From the NCBI GenBank assembly GCA_964459245.1, contig CAYWMG010000070.1:1-31264 (forward strand): a DNA stretch of 31,264 nucleotides, read 5' to 3'. The position numbers and the translations under genes were made by a program. The DNA comes from an uncultured Candidatus Bathyarchaeia archaeon. GTDB taxonomy: Archaea; Thermoproteota; Bathyarchaeia; 40CM-2-53-6. Below, piece by piece: positions 9,088 to 17,428 of this stretch. Below the pieces are notes generated by a model. The model was not told the DNA's origin and ran no database searches. It worked only from the letters and a program-made list of their open reading frames with translations. Numbering within the stretch: the first letter of the stretch is position 1; the number at the start of each line of letters is the position of its first letter.

Positions 9088-10191
9088 CTAGCTTCGAAGG
9101 AATGATTCAATATTTGTCTGACTGTCTGATTTTTTCGATAGGCCTGATACTCTAACGCCTATTCGTCGTATGATAGCGTTAGGTGTTGAGTTCAGAAATT
9201 GTGTCATTAGTTGTGCGGATAGTTCTGTTATCGACTGAGGGGCGTCTGTTGGTGACTCCAAAGTAGTGGATCTTGTGTGAATGGAAAGATTGTTGAGGAT
9301 GGCTACTATTGTGACTGATTTGCAGGTCATACTGTTCTCGCGCAATTTTTCGGAGACACTATTAGCTAGATCGGTTAAGAGGGGTGAAATCAGGTGGAAA
9401 TCTCTTGTGTTTTCTTTCAATGTCCCAATTCGACTAAATTGTGTGGGTCCCCCTCTGTCTCTCACTTCATCATCGTCTTTTCCACGCGCCGCTTGGAAAA
9501 GATAACCTCCTAAGCTCTTACCGAAATTCTCTTGGAGGAGGATTGGATCTAGGCTTACCAATTCATCGATTGTCCGAACTTTAAGTTGGTTGAGTTTCTC
9601 CTCAACTTTCTTTCCAACACCTGGGATAACATTAATTGGTTGATCACGCAAGAAATTCTGAACTTGTTCCGGCTCCACTATTGTGAGGCCGTCTGGTTTA
9701 ACATGAGCTGAAGCAATCTTAGCCACTAACTTATTCGGGCCGATTCCTATGGAGCACGTCAGTTGTTCTTGGTGGAAAATCAGCTGCTTTATGCTAGTTG
9801 CAATCAACTTTGCATTATCAACTTTGCCGCTGCTGGTCGCTGACACATCAAGATATGCTTCATCTATTCCAACCTTCTCAAAAGCATCTGCTTGGCTCTT
9901 TAGAAAGTTCATAATCCTATTGGAAACTGATTCATAGAGAGTGCGATTCATCGGCAGAAAGGCTGCGTCTATTGATTCGAGTAGCTTCTTTGCTCGGGTA
10001 ATAGGTATGCCTGCGTTGACGCCATACTTTCTTGCTTGATAATTACTTGTACTCACGACGCCGCTATCCGGAGCGCGGCCAGAATAGACACAGACGACAA
10101 CAGGTTTTCCACGGATGGCGGGGTTATTGTTTTCTTCGCATTGTGCATAGAAATAATCAAGGTCCATGTGAACGATTACTCTTGGGGCCAA
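9088..10191 (-). CDS. dbh: Y-family DNA polymerase IV (DinB/Dpo4/Dbh)
   Basis: HMDLDYFYAQCE, SNYQARKYGV.AGIP, GIDEAYLD, SIGIGPNKLVAKIAS..KPDG, IPGVG, little finger IRRIGVRVS, C-terminal PIP-like QTNIESFL. Confidence 0.96.
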   Translation of the reverse strand: MAPRVIVHMDLDYFYAQCEENNNPAIRGKPVVVCVYSGRAPDSGVVSTSNYQARKYGVNAGIPITRAKKLLESIDAAFLPMNRTLYESVSNRIMNFLKSQADAFEKVGIDEAYLDVSATSSGKVDNAKLIATSIKQLIFHQEQLTCSIGIGPNKLVAKIASAHVKPDGLTIVEPEQVQNFLRDQPINVIPGVGKKVEEKLNQLKVRTIDELVSLDPILLQENFGKSLGGYLFQAARGKDDDEVRDRGGPTQFSRIGTLKENTRDFHLISPLLTDLANSVSEKLRENSMTCKSVTIVAILNNLSIHTRSTTLESPTDAPQSITELSAQLMTQFLNSTPNAIIRRIGVRVSGLSKKSDSQTNIESFLRS

Positions 10192-10212
10192 GATTACAAA
10201 GCCCGCAGAAAT

Positions 10213-10845
10213 TCAAATTGATCTGGAGAAGATGCGGTATTTTTCTCCGCCGCTAAGTTCATCAAGAATTCTTTTCGCGATGACTTTGACTGGATCTCCT
10301 ATGCTGGTCCTTGTCTCCACGTCCTTGAAGTTCGTAAACGGTTTCTTGTCCCTTGCATTAATTATTTGCCACATTGATTTCTTCCCTATGCCTGGAAGTA
10401 ATTCCAATGAATGCATTCGAGGGGTAATTGCTTGAGAATTATTGAAGAAGTTCACAAAACGTTGTTCCTGATTCATTATGAGTCTCTCAAGAACAGGAAG
10501 TAGTTCAGCTTTGGCATTTGCCGTCAGATCATCGTACCCAATCCGTCCAATTATTCGATTAATTTTCTCGCGTCGGTCCTTTCCAATGTAGACTCGCTCA
10601 TGTAGATTTGCTTGTAAGCCAGCGCGAACTTCAGCTTCAAGAAGCGTGAAGTAGCCTTCCCCTATGACTTGAACTGTTGGGAGAGCAAGATGTCTGGGTT
10701 TATCAGGTGATGTTCTACCGTGCTGTAAATAATCGAGGACGTATGCATACTCCTCGTAGAGGCGTGGAGGAATTCCTTGGTTGGATCGTGTACTCGGCTG
10801 GAAGTTGTTTCCCTTTTGGATTGTGCTATCCCTATTCTGACTCAA
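10213..10845 (-). CDS. DUF655 family putative RNA-binding protein (COG1491)
   Basis: EEYAYVLDYL..G, QVIGE.YFTLLE, RVYIGK..R.KI, TPRMHSLELLPGIGKK (HhH); usual position after rpoF. Confidence 0.93.
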   Translation of the reverse strand: MSQNRDSTIQKGNNFQPSTRSNQGIPPRLYEEYAYVLDYLQHGRTSPDKPRHLALPTVQVIGEGYFTLLEAEVRAGLQANLHERVYIGKDRREKINRIIGRIGYDDLTANAKAELLPVLERLIMNQEQRFVNFFNNSQAITPRMHSLELLPGIGKKSMWQIINARDKKPFTNFKDVETRTSIGDPVKVIAKRILDELSGGEKYRIFSRSI

Positions 10846-10895
10846 CTGGCTATCTCCAAAAATTATCCTTGGAACTCACAAGTTGTAACAGTAAC

Positions 10896-11027
10896 ATCCA
10901 TGCGCTACTCGTGAGGCTAGCAGTTTCCGCATGGATTTTAGCAAGGTCTAGAGCGTCCACTAGAAAGTTGCTTTCCGGAGAGAAAAGTCTTCCTATGAGT
11001 GGACAGGTGGAATCCTATTATTCCCTG
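10896..11027. ncRNA. Candidate structured RNA element in the rpoF-DUF655 spacer
   Basis: Perfect 9-bp inverted repeat (10896-10904/10928-10936), perfect 7-bp inverted repeat (10955-10961/10998-11004) enclosing two small stems, and a GGAAT/ATTCC stem (11009-11024). No recognisable ORF. Strand unknown. Confidence 0.4.
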
Positions 11028-11359
11028 TAGCCGTTTACGTGCTTTAGAATGTCTTCTAGCCGCGACGCACTAATAATTCTCCCCTTAACAGTGAGAATAG
11101 TGCGCAACTCCTCTATGAACTGTGGCATTGAGTTTGCTATTTGTATCGCTTCTTTTCTATCGAGTTCATATTTTTCTGTTAGCTCGCGTATCAGCTTTTC
11201 AGCCTTAGTTGGGGAGATTCTGGAAAACTTCGATGTGTAATCTAGGGTTCTTCTCTGGAATTCTCCAAGCTCTTCTTCCTTCACTTTTTCCAGAATTCTT
11301 TTTGCTTCGGCGGTTGTGGTTGGTTTTGAATCCACTATTTTTCGCGGCAAAGTTTTCAC
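11018..11359 (-). CDS. rpoF: RNA polymerase subunit F (Rpo4)
   Basis: QRRTLDYTSKFSRI...A.QIANSMP...EELRTIL; adjacent to rpl21e; GTG start. Confidence 0.95.
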   Translation of the reverse strand: MKTLPRKIVDSKPTTTAEAKRILEKVKEEELGEFQRRTLDYTSKFSRISPTKAEKLIRELTEKYELDRKEAIQIANSMPQFIEELRTILTVKGRIISASRLEDILKHVNGYRE

Positions 11360-11650
11360 TCAGCGTGTAGGATTCAAATGCTCTGGTCTTGCAATGATCT
11401 GCTTAGTTTGTTTGCCCATTTCGACATTTATCACATATGATCTCCCGCGTCTTCCTTGTATGATTCCCACTCTACCGTGGTAACGTCTATGTGGCATTCC
11501 TTTGTGAACGGATGGTTCAAGCAAGATTGTCACTTTCTCGCCACTTTTGTATGTTCTGAGAATCCTGCTTAATCCGATCTTACCTCGTTCGCGTGGCCTC
11601 TTTTTCAGAAGGGATCTAGTTCTTGAGCGATAACCTTTTGATCGTTTCAT
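11360..11650 (-). CDS. rpl21e: 50S ribosomal protein L21e
   Basis: MKRSKGYRSRTRSLL, SVHKGMPHRRYHGRVG, RPEHL. Confidence 0.98.
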   Translation of the reverse strand: MKRSKGYRSRTRSLLKKRPRERGKIGLSRILRTYKSGEKVTILLEPSVHKGMPHRRYHGRVGIIQGRRGRSYVINVEMGKQTKQIIARPEHLNPTR

Positions 11651-11720
11651 TGGGATGACCTGAATTTTGGTAGCAAAACGAGGGCAGGCTATTTAACCTT
11701 CTTGGGGTGCGGCCAATGGG

Positions 11721-13073
11721 TTAAGTTTTGATTGGGAAAGGAAGTTTTCCGCCTCGACCCAGGCCAGCGCCGCGTCTTTTCATGGATTTCATCATTTTCT
11801 TCATCAAAAAGTATTGACTGATCATTGCTTTGACGTCTTTATCGGATGTCCCGCTTCCTCTTGCGATTCTTCTAGCTCTAGATGAATCTATGAGTTTAGG
11901 ATCTTCGATTTCTTGCTTGGTCATTGATTGTATTATCACTCGCCATGAGTCGAGCTTTTTCTCAGCCGTCTCCATTGCATCATCAGAAATGTTAATCCCG
12001 CCTGGGACCATTCCGATGAGTTTCTTTAATGGGCCCATCTTTCGCATGGCGACCATTTGGTCATACATGTCCTTGAGCGTGAATTTTCCCTCCAGAAATG
12101 CGCGTGCTTTCTTCTGAGGGATCTCAATCTCTGCCTCTCTCACTCTCTCAACAAGTGCTTTGATATCCCCCATTCCGAGTATGCGTCCAACAAAATTGGA
12201 GGGAACGAATTGTTCCAGGTCATCGATTTTTTCACCGGTTCCTATGAATTTTATTCTTGCATGGGTTGCTGCCACTGCCGATAGTGCGCCTCCACCTTTT
12301 GCGGTGCCATCTAATTTAGTCACAAGGATTGATCCTATTGTTGTTGTTTCATTGAACGCTGTAGCTTGAGACATTGCTGATTGTCCTATGGAACCGTCTA
12401 TTGCGAGAATTATTTCGTCAGGTCGAATCATTTTTGCCAAGTCTTTCATTTCCGTCATAAGCGATCCCTCATCTTTGTGGCGACCCGCTGTATCCACAAT
12501 TATCAGGTCATGCTTCTGAGTTGTGAACTGTTGTAGGCCCTTCTTCACGATTGACAATACGTCGGACGATTTAGGATCGCCGTAAACTGGCACGTTGACT
12601 CTTGAGGCTAGTTGTGTTAATTGATCAAAGGCTCCGGGTCGATATGTGTCTGCACAAATTATTGCTGGGCGCATTCCACGCTTTTGGTAAAATCTGGCGA
12701 GCTTAACGGATGCCGTTGTCTTGCCTGTCCCCTGTATTCCTACGAGCATCAGTACTTGGCTTTTTCCCGGTTCAACGGTAATCTTCGCTGGCTCTTCGCC
12801 GAGAAAACGAGTTAACTCTTCGTAGAGCACCTTGATTACGTGTTCCCGTCGTGATATGCCTGGTGGTAGTTTTTCTTCCAACGATCGCCTCTCAACGGCT
12901 TGAGATATTTGTAAGACAAGGTTGACGTTGACGTCAGATTGAAGGAGTGCTCGTTGTAGATCTCGAACTAGTTCCTTAATGGCTTTCTCATCGACTACAG
13001 CAAGACGGAGGAGTTTCTTCATAGCTTCGCCAAGCGATTTACTCAATCCTTCGAGTGCGCTCAAGGTTTTCAC
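11721..13073 (-). CDS. srp54: Signal recognition particle protein SRP54
   Basis: RALLQSDVN, GIQGTGKTT, DTYRPGA, DTAGRH, TKLDGTAKGGGALS, M domain (SRARRIARGSG). Confidence 0.98.
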   Translation of the reverse strand: MKTLSALEGLSKSLGEAMKKLLRLAVVDEKAIKELVRDLQRALLQSDVNVNLVLQISQAVERRSLEEKLPPGISRREHVIKVLYEELTRFLGEEPAKITVEPGKSQVLMLVGIQGTGKTTASVKLARFYQKRGMRPAIICADTYRPGAFDQLTQLASRVNVPVYGDPKSSDVLSIVKKGLQQFTTQKHDLIIVDTAGRHKDEGSLMTEMKDLAKMIRPDEIILAIDGSIGQSAMSQATAFNETTTIGSILVTKLDGTAKGGGALSAVAATHARIKFIGTGEKIDDLEQFVPSNFVGRILGMGDIKALVERVREAEIEIPQKKARAFLEGKFTLKDMYDQMVAMRKMGPLKKLIGMVPGGINISDDAMETAEKKLDSWRVIIQSMTKQEIEDPKLIDSSRARRIARGSGTSDKDVKAMISQYFLMKKMMKSMKRRGAGLGRGGKLPFPIKT

Positions 13074-13166
13074 GTCTCACAATAGTGTAGACCTCATTTG
13101 TCTTACGAACCTTTTAATTAGTCGCTTAGTCTGGTTTGCGAAGAGTAAGAGTAGATTACCCTGTCT

Positions 13167-13313
13167 ATGAGGCTGTCAGAGAACGACGGCTTCCAAATTT
13201 TAGAAACTGCAACCATCCCTGCTAATTCCATTCTGATTATTGGTCTTCCTGACGTGGGACTTGTTGGCCTTCTCGCTTCTTCGCACCTAATCAGTTCCCT
13301 ACGTAACCTCTAA
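13167..13313 (+). pseudogene. 5' fragment (48 codons) of a PAC2/proteasome assembly chaperone family gene
   Basis: Not in the ORF track. Reads MRLSENDGFQILETATIPANSILIIGLPDVGLVGLLASSHLISSLRNL*. GLPDVGLVG..A..HL is the PAC2 N-terminal signature; the rest of the gene is absent. Confidence 0.8.
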
Positions 13314-13527
13314 GGGAGTGAAACTTCGATGCCGGGAGGGCGTTTTGGAAATTTTCGCTGAGACCTCTGAGAAAATAACGTTCAAAGCACTTGGTGCGAA
13401 GCATAGGCATGGGAAATTTACATGTTACCATGCAAGGATTCGAATACCCGTACAAGTTGATGAGAGGGAAATATCCTCACAGCTTAAACATGGTGTACTC
13501 GAGCTTCATATTCCGCGTGTAAAGTGA
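13291..13527 (+). pseudogene. 3' fragment of an Hsp20/alpha-crystallin family gene
   Basis: Frame open from 13291: VPYVTSKGVKLRCREGVLEIFAE...RIPVQVDEREISSQLKHGVLELHIPRVK, matching the small heat-shock C-terminal beta strands; the N-terminus is missing. It could instead be a 69-aa mini-protein starting at GTG 13318. Confidence 0.65.
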
Positions 13528-13532
13528 TCGAA

Positions 13533-14477
13533 TTATCTCCTATGAGAGCCTTCTAGTGCTGCAAGACTCAAAAGTGGAAAGATCATCGTTGCGTCGCCTA
13601 CTAAGGTTACGAGTTTGTCACGCGTCTTGATTTTTCCCCAACTTATCGCTTCTTCTAATGGAGCACCACTGGCGCCGCCGCCTTCGGCCCGGTCTAATGT
13701 TATTTGAATCGCTGCGTCTACCCCTCCCCTGTAAGAGTTCGCTATTAGTACGTGATGCTTCGGCATGCCTCCTCCCAAAATTACTACTCCAACTCGCTTC
13801 GACTCATAGGTCATCTCAACAAGTTTCGAGAAGTCCTTGAATGGATTGATTAGGAGAGAATTTAGCTGGCTATATGTCCAAAGGTCTAATCCTAACATCG
13901 AGTCAAAAATTCCTGGACAGAAGATTGGCACTCTACGTTTGTAGGCAGTCGCGAGTAAGGAATGCTTGTCTCTAATTTGCTTACCGAATTCCCACAACAA
14001 TTCGTGACTGGAGATATTCTCTCGCTTCTCCTGAGGAAGCCTATCCAGCATCTTTCGGGTGGTTCTCTCTAAATCTTCTATAGCTTTTTGTTTCACGAGT
14101 AGATCATAAATTCTTGACAGACCTCTTCTTTTGAGTACCTCATCATCAGCTGTTTCTGAGCCCACAATATGTCTATGCCCTAATCCTTCGAGCATGTCAT
14201 GTGTTACGTTGGCTCCAGTAGTCACGATCCCATCTAGCAATCCATCGTCAACTAATTCCACTAATACCCTCCTTAGTCCTCCTGGAATAATTGGCCCAGC
14301 AAGAGAGATCAGTTTACAATATTCCTTACTGCGAAACATTTCGGTTAGTATGTTGACTGCCTTTCCAAATCTGCCGGGGCCCAGAACCTTAACAGCTGCC
14401 ATCTGCGCGGCAATTTCAGACATCGTCATGCCGCGTCTAATTTTAATATGCGAGACTGGATGCACTTGAATAACCAT
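13533..14477 (-). CDS. dys: Deoxyhypusine synthase
   Basis: TTGANVTHD, RIYD, ILGGGMPKHH, GGASGA..EAISWGKI (catalytic Lys kept), GDAT..FPLL; directly downstream of eIF5A. Confidence 0.94.
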   Translation of the reverse strand: MVIQVHPVSHIKIRRGMTMSEIAAQMAAVKVLGPGRFGKAVNILTEMFRSKEYCKLISLAGPIIPGGLRRVLVELVDDGLLDGIVTTGANVTHDMLEGLGHRHIVGSETADDEVLKRRGLSRIYDLLVKQKAIEDLERTTRKMLDRLPQEKRENISSHELLWEFGKQIRDKHSLLATAYKRRVPIFCPGIFDSMLGLDLWTYSQLNSLLINPFKDFSKLVEMTYESKRVGVVILGGGMPKHHVLIANSYRGGVDAAIQITLDRAEGGGASGAPLEEAISWGKIKTRDKLVTLVGDATMIFPLLSLAALEGSHRR

Positions 14478-14492
14478 CGGGCTAAATTGTGT

Positions 14493-14888
14493 CTAGCCCT
14501 TAGTGCGCATTATCTTATTCTGCCCAAGCATCTGCCAGTACTCTACTTCAACGCCAGGAGCTAATTTTGACTTTATCTCTTCCTCTTCCGGAATCGGCGT
14601 TTCGAATGTTTCGTAACTCTGCATGTCCATGAGTTGAACATTCGACCCAACGAACGCAAGCACCTGACCCGTTTTCTTCTCAATCATGGGCACATCAATC
14701 CTAGCATCCACAGGACTAATCACACTCTTCTTGGTGCCCGTCGTTACACTCATAGCGACTATTCGAGCCTTTGCCGCCCCATGTTTCCCAGGTTTGGACT
14801 TCTCGAACTCGACTACTTTGCAAGGTTCTCCATCAACAATAATGTACTGCCCAATCTTTACGGAACCAACATCAACTGGTTTGCTCAG
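14493..14888 (-). CDS. eif5a: Translation factor aIF5A/eIF5A (131 aa, CTG start)
   Basis: The ORF-track ATG at 14753 is internal. The frame extends to CTG 14888: (L/M)[42 protein letters not shown], including the hypusine site KPGKHG. GAGG lies just upstream. Confidence 0.95.
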   Translation of the reverse strand: MSKPVDVGSVKIGQYIIVDGEPCKVVEFEKSKPGKHGAAKARIVAMSVTTGTKKSVISPVDARIDVPMIEKKTGQVLAFVGSNVQLMDMQSYETFETPIPEEEEIKSKLAPGVEVEYWQMLGQNKIMRTKG

Positions 14889-15022
14889 TTTCCTCGCCTG
14901 TAAGCTGTGGCCTTCGGCCTGTAACGCCCGCCTTTCGTCTAAAAAGGTTGCCTGACTGCAAGTATTATCTCGAACATTCTTAATTATGCTGGAGTGTAAT
15001 CTCTGCTGCGGAGAACTCAGAA

Positions 15023-15865
15023 GTGGCGTTCACAGTCGGACTAGTCTCTCGGCTCGACGATCGTAGAGCTCTCGATGTTGCAGCCACTTTGGCTAAGCAG
15101 CTTCGTAGACGTGGAATCTCAGTGATTTCTGAAATAGAGTTAGCAAAACGAGGTCGACTGGGAGGCGGGAAGGATCTATCAGACTTAAGAGCCGACCTGA
15201 TAGTGACCGTTGGTGGAGACGGAACTGTCCTAAAGACGTGCATGAGTATTCCAGAACCAGAGACTCCTATCTTAACCGTCAATATGGGGCGGCGAGGGTA
15301 CCTTACCGAGATTGAGCCAAAGATGGCCTATCGTTCAATCAATCTTTTCATGAAAGGAAAATGTAGACTCGAGAAACGAAACAAGCTGGAAGTCCTCTTG
15401 GACGGACGGCATGTAGTTGATGCTTTGAACGAATTGGTAGTCTCATCAGGAAGTCCTGCCAAGATGCTTGACTTGCAACTCGCAGTGGACTCCGAGTCTC
15501 TCTTATCTTTCAGAGGCGACGGATTAATCGTGTCCACAGCCACTGGATCTACAGCCTATTCGCTCTCGGCGGGCGGTCCGATAGTGGATTCTGCCGTTGA
15601 AGTTTTTGTCGTATCCTTCATCTGCCCACTGGACTATTTACCGCCAGCAGTCATATCTATGAATAGGTCACTCAACATTCATCTGACGAATCAGAAGCTG
15701 AGGGCACTCGTTGTTGCCGATGGGAGATCACAGAGAGAACTAACGCAGAATATGAGTCTGGGAGTTAGAAAGTCTGAGAATTATTCGGTCTTTGTTAGGA
15801 TGAGTTCTACCCCATCCTTGGAAAGCCTGTCAAGACTTCAAGAGATGGAGCGAACTGGATTGTGA
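15023..15865 (+). CDS. nadK: NAD(+) kinase
   Basis: [31 protein letters not shown]. Confidence 0.94.
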   Translation: MAFTVGLVSRLDDRRALDVAATLAKQLRRRGISVISEIELAKRGRLGGGKDLSDLRADLIVTVGGDGTVLKTCMSIPEPETPILTVNMGRRGYLTEIEPKMAYRSINLFMKGKCRLEKRNKLEVLLDGRHVVDALNELVVSSGSPAKMLDLQLAVDSESLLSFRGDGLIVSTATGSTAYSLSAGGPIVDSAVEVFVVSFICPLDYLPPAVISMNRSLNIHLTNQKLRALVVADGRSQRELTQNMSLGVRKSENYSVFVRMSSTPSLESLSRLQEMERTGL

Positions 15866-16392
15866 AAGTACTAGTACTGGACACGTCTGCACTTATAATG
15901 GGCCTTGATCCACTCGGGCTTCAACTCGATACTTATTCTGTTCCAGAAGTAGCCGAAGAACTCAAACTAGAAGCTGGACCATCCTACCGTTTAGCCGTTT
16001 CATCTTCCTCGGGCAAATTGAAAATTCAACCTCCGACAGCGAGAGCATTGAAGGAGGTGGTTGAGAAGGCCACCATTCTAGGTGATCGCCGCTCCCTATC
16101 TAAAGCTGATTCCAGCATCCTAGCACTTGCTATTGATCTACAGAGGGAGGGAAAGATTCCGATAATCGTAAGCGATGACTATGTTGTTCAGAATATTGCA
16201 GAAGGAATTGGTTTAACCTACCAATCTCTGTCAACTTTGGGGATTCGTCAAAAATTCAAGTGGACGTACTATTGCCCAGCTTGCTTTAGACGCTATTCAA
16301 GCGAAACCATTCACGTATGTACCGTCTGTGGTACGAAACTGAAACGGAAGCCGATGCTGAAGGAAGGCGCCAAGATGCGTGCAAAGGCTTAG
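15862..16392 (+). CDS. nob1: Nob1 family PIN/zinc-ribbon endonuclease (rRNA maturation)
   Basis: VLDTSA, LSKAD..ILALA, SDDYVVQN.A, CPAC..CTVCG; 4-bp overlap with nadK. Confidence 0.92.
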   Translation: MKVLVLDTSALIMGLDPLGLQLDTYSVPEVAEELKLEAGPSYRLAVSSSSGKLKIQPPTARALKEVVEKATILGDRRSLSKADSSILALAIDLQREGKIPIIVSDDYVVQNIAEGIGLTYQSLSTLGIRQKFKWTYYCPACFRRYSSETIHVCTVCGTKLKRKPMLKEGAKMRAKA

Positions 16393-17363
16393 CTCTCATT
16401 ATTCATCACTGTCGTACGCCTTGCATAATCGAATAAATACAGTTGCGCGTATCCTGCCCAGATTCCAAAGCGTTCGCGAAGAAACCTAGCTGTGTTCACC
16501 CGGCTTATCTTTCGTCCTCCAAAGTAAAGCTTTGTGACTATTCTGTGAATCCACACATCCACTGGCGCCGCTTCCAACTTGCCTAAACCATACAACAAGA
16601 AACAGTCTGCAACCTTAGGGCCGACACCGTGCAGTTGAAGCAGTACTTCTGAAGCCCTTTCATAATCGAGTTTTACTAACTCTGCGAGTTCAAGTTCTTT
16701 CTCAGCAATCAATCGCGAAACATCGACAATCGACTTCGCCCTATATCCAGCAGAGGTTTTTGACTGTAATTCTCGCGCAGTCAATCGCGCAATCTTGAGA
16801 GGGTCGGGAAATAGGTATGAACTTGACCCGTCTGGAAGACGAATATGTCTACCATAACTTTTCATGAGGAGCCGGGCTATCTGGTTCCATCGCTTCGCAG
16901 AATTGTTTTGCGACAAGATCGAGCAGAGTAGACTCTCGTAGAGGTTCGTTCCCCGCATCAGCCGGAGCCCCCTTAAATCTCTGAAGGTACGCGAAAGGGG
17001 CTCCTTTTCAGAATCATATTCTCGGTAGAAACTGAGCAGATCATCCCTTAACCCTAAGACTCGATTCAAGTGCTCTCTCAGCGCTCGCTCAATTCCATCA
17101 GTTGAACTTGCTGAGATGAACTCGACATCAATATTGTAATTATCAGCTGTTCCTCGTTGATTCAGTGAATACTTCACAGCGACGCCATCCAGCTCCTTAA
17201 CGTTAATGAATAGACCTCCATGCATTGCCCATTCTGGTTCTGAGGTTTGAGCGCTAAGGATTGTTTCTTTGAGGTTGAGAGGGCCGCCTATCTCACTATT
17301 CGAAATCGTGAATTTCCTCATTCCAACGGGCCTAGCGAAATCCATAATGCTTCCCTCTCCCAA
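16389..17363 (-). CDS. HhH-GPD DNA glycosylase, OGG1-like (8-oxoguanine)
   Basis: ILSQNNS, FP.P, GYRAKSI, HhH LHGVGPKVAD (Lys), PVDVWI (Asp), WAGYAQLYLF. Start may be a downstream ATG. Confidence 0.88.
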   Translation of the reverse strand: MGEGSIMDFARPVGMRKFTISNSEIGGPLNLKETILSAQTSEPEWAMHGGLFINVKELDGVAVKYSLNQRGTADNYNIDVEFISASSTDGIERALREHLNRVLGLRDDLLSFYREYDSEKEPLSRTFRDLRGLRLMRGTNLYESLLCSILSQNNSAKRWNQIARLLMKSYGRHIRLPDGSSSYLFPDPLKIARLTARELQSKTSAGYRAKSIVDVSRLIAEKELELAELVKLDYERASEVLLQLHGVGPKVADCFLLYGLGKLEAAPVDVWIHRIVTKLYFGGRKISRVNTARFLRERFGIWAGYAQLYLFDYARRTTVMNNES

Positions 17364-17428
17364 TCCAATGCGCGGTTGTCAGCTATTATAAGGGCGTGGA
17401 ATAGGCTTACACGTAAGAGGTTTCAAGA

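Noticed and set aside
14493-14753. 86-aa eIF5A as given by the ORF track
   Set aside because: It lacks the KPGKHG hypusine site; homology continues upstream to CTG 14888.
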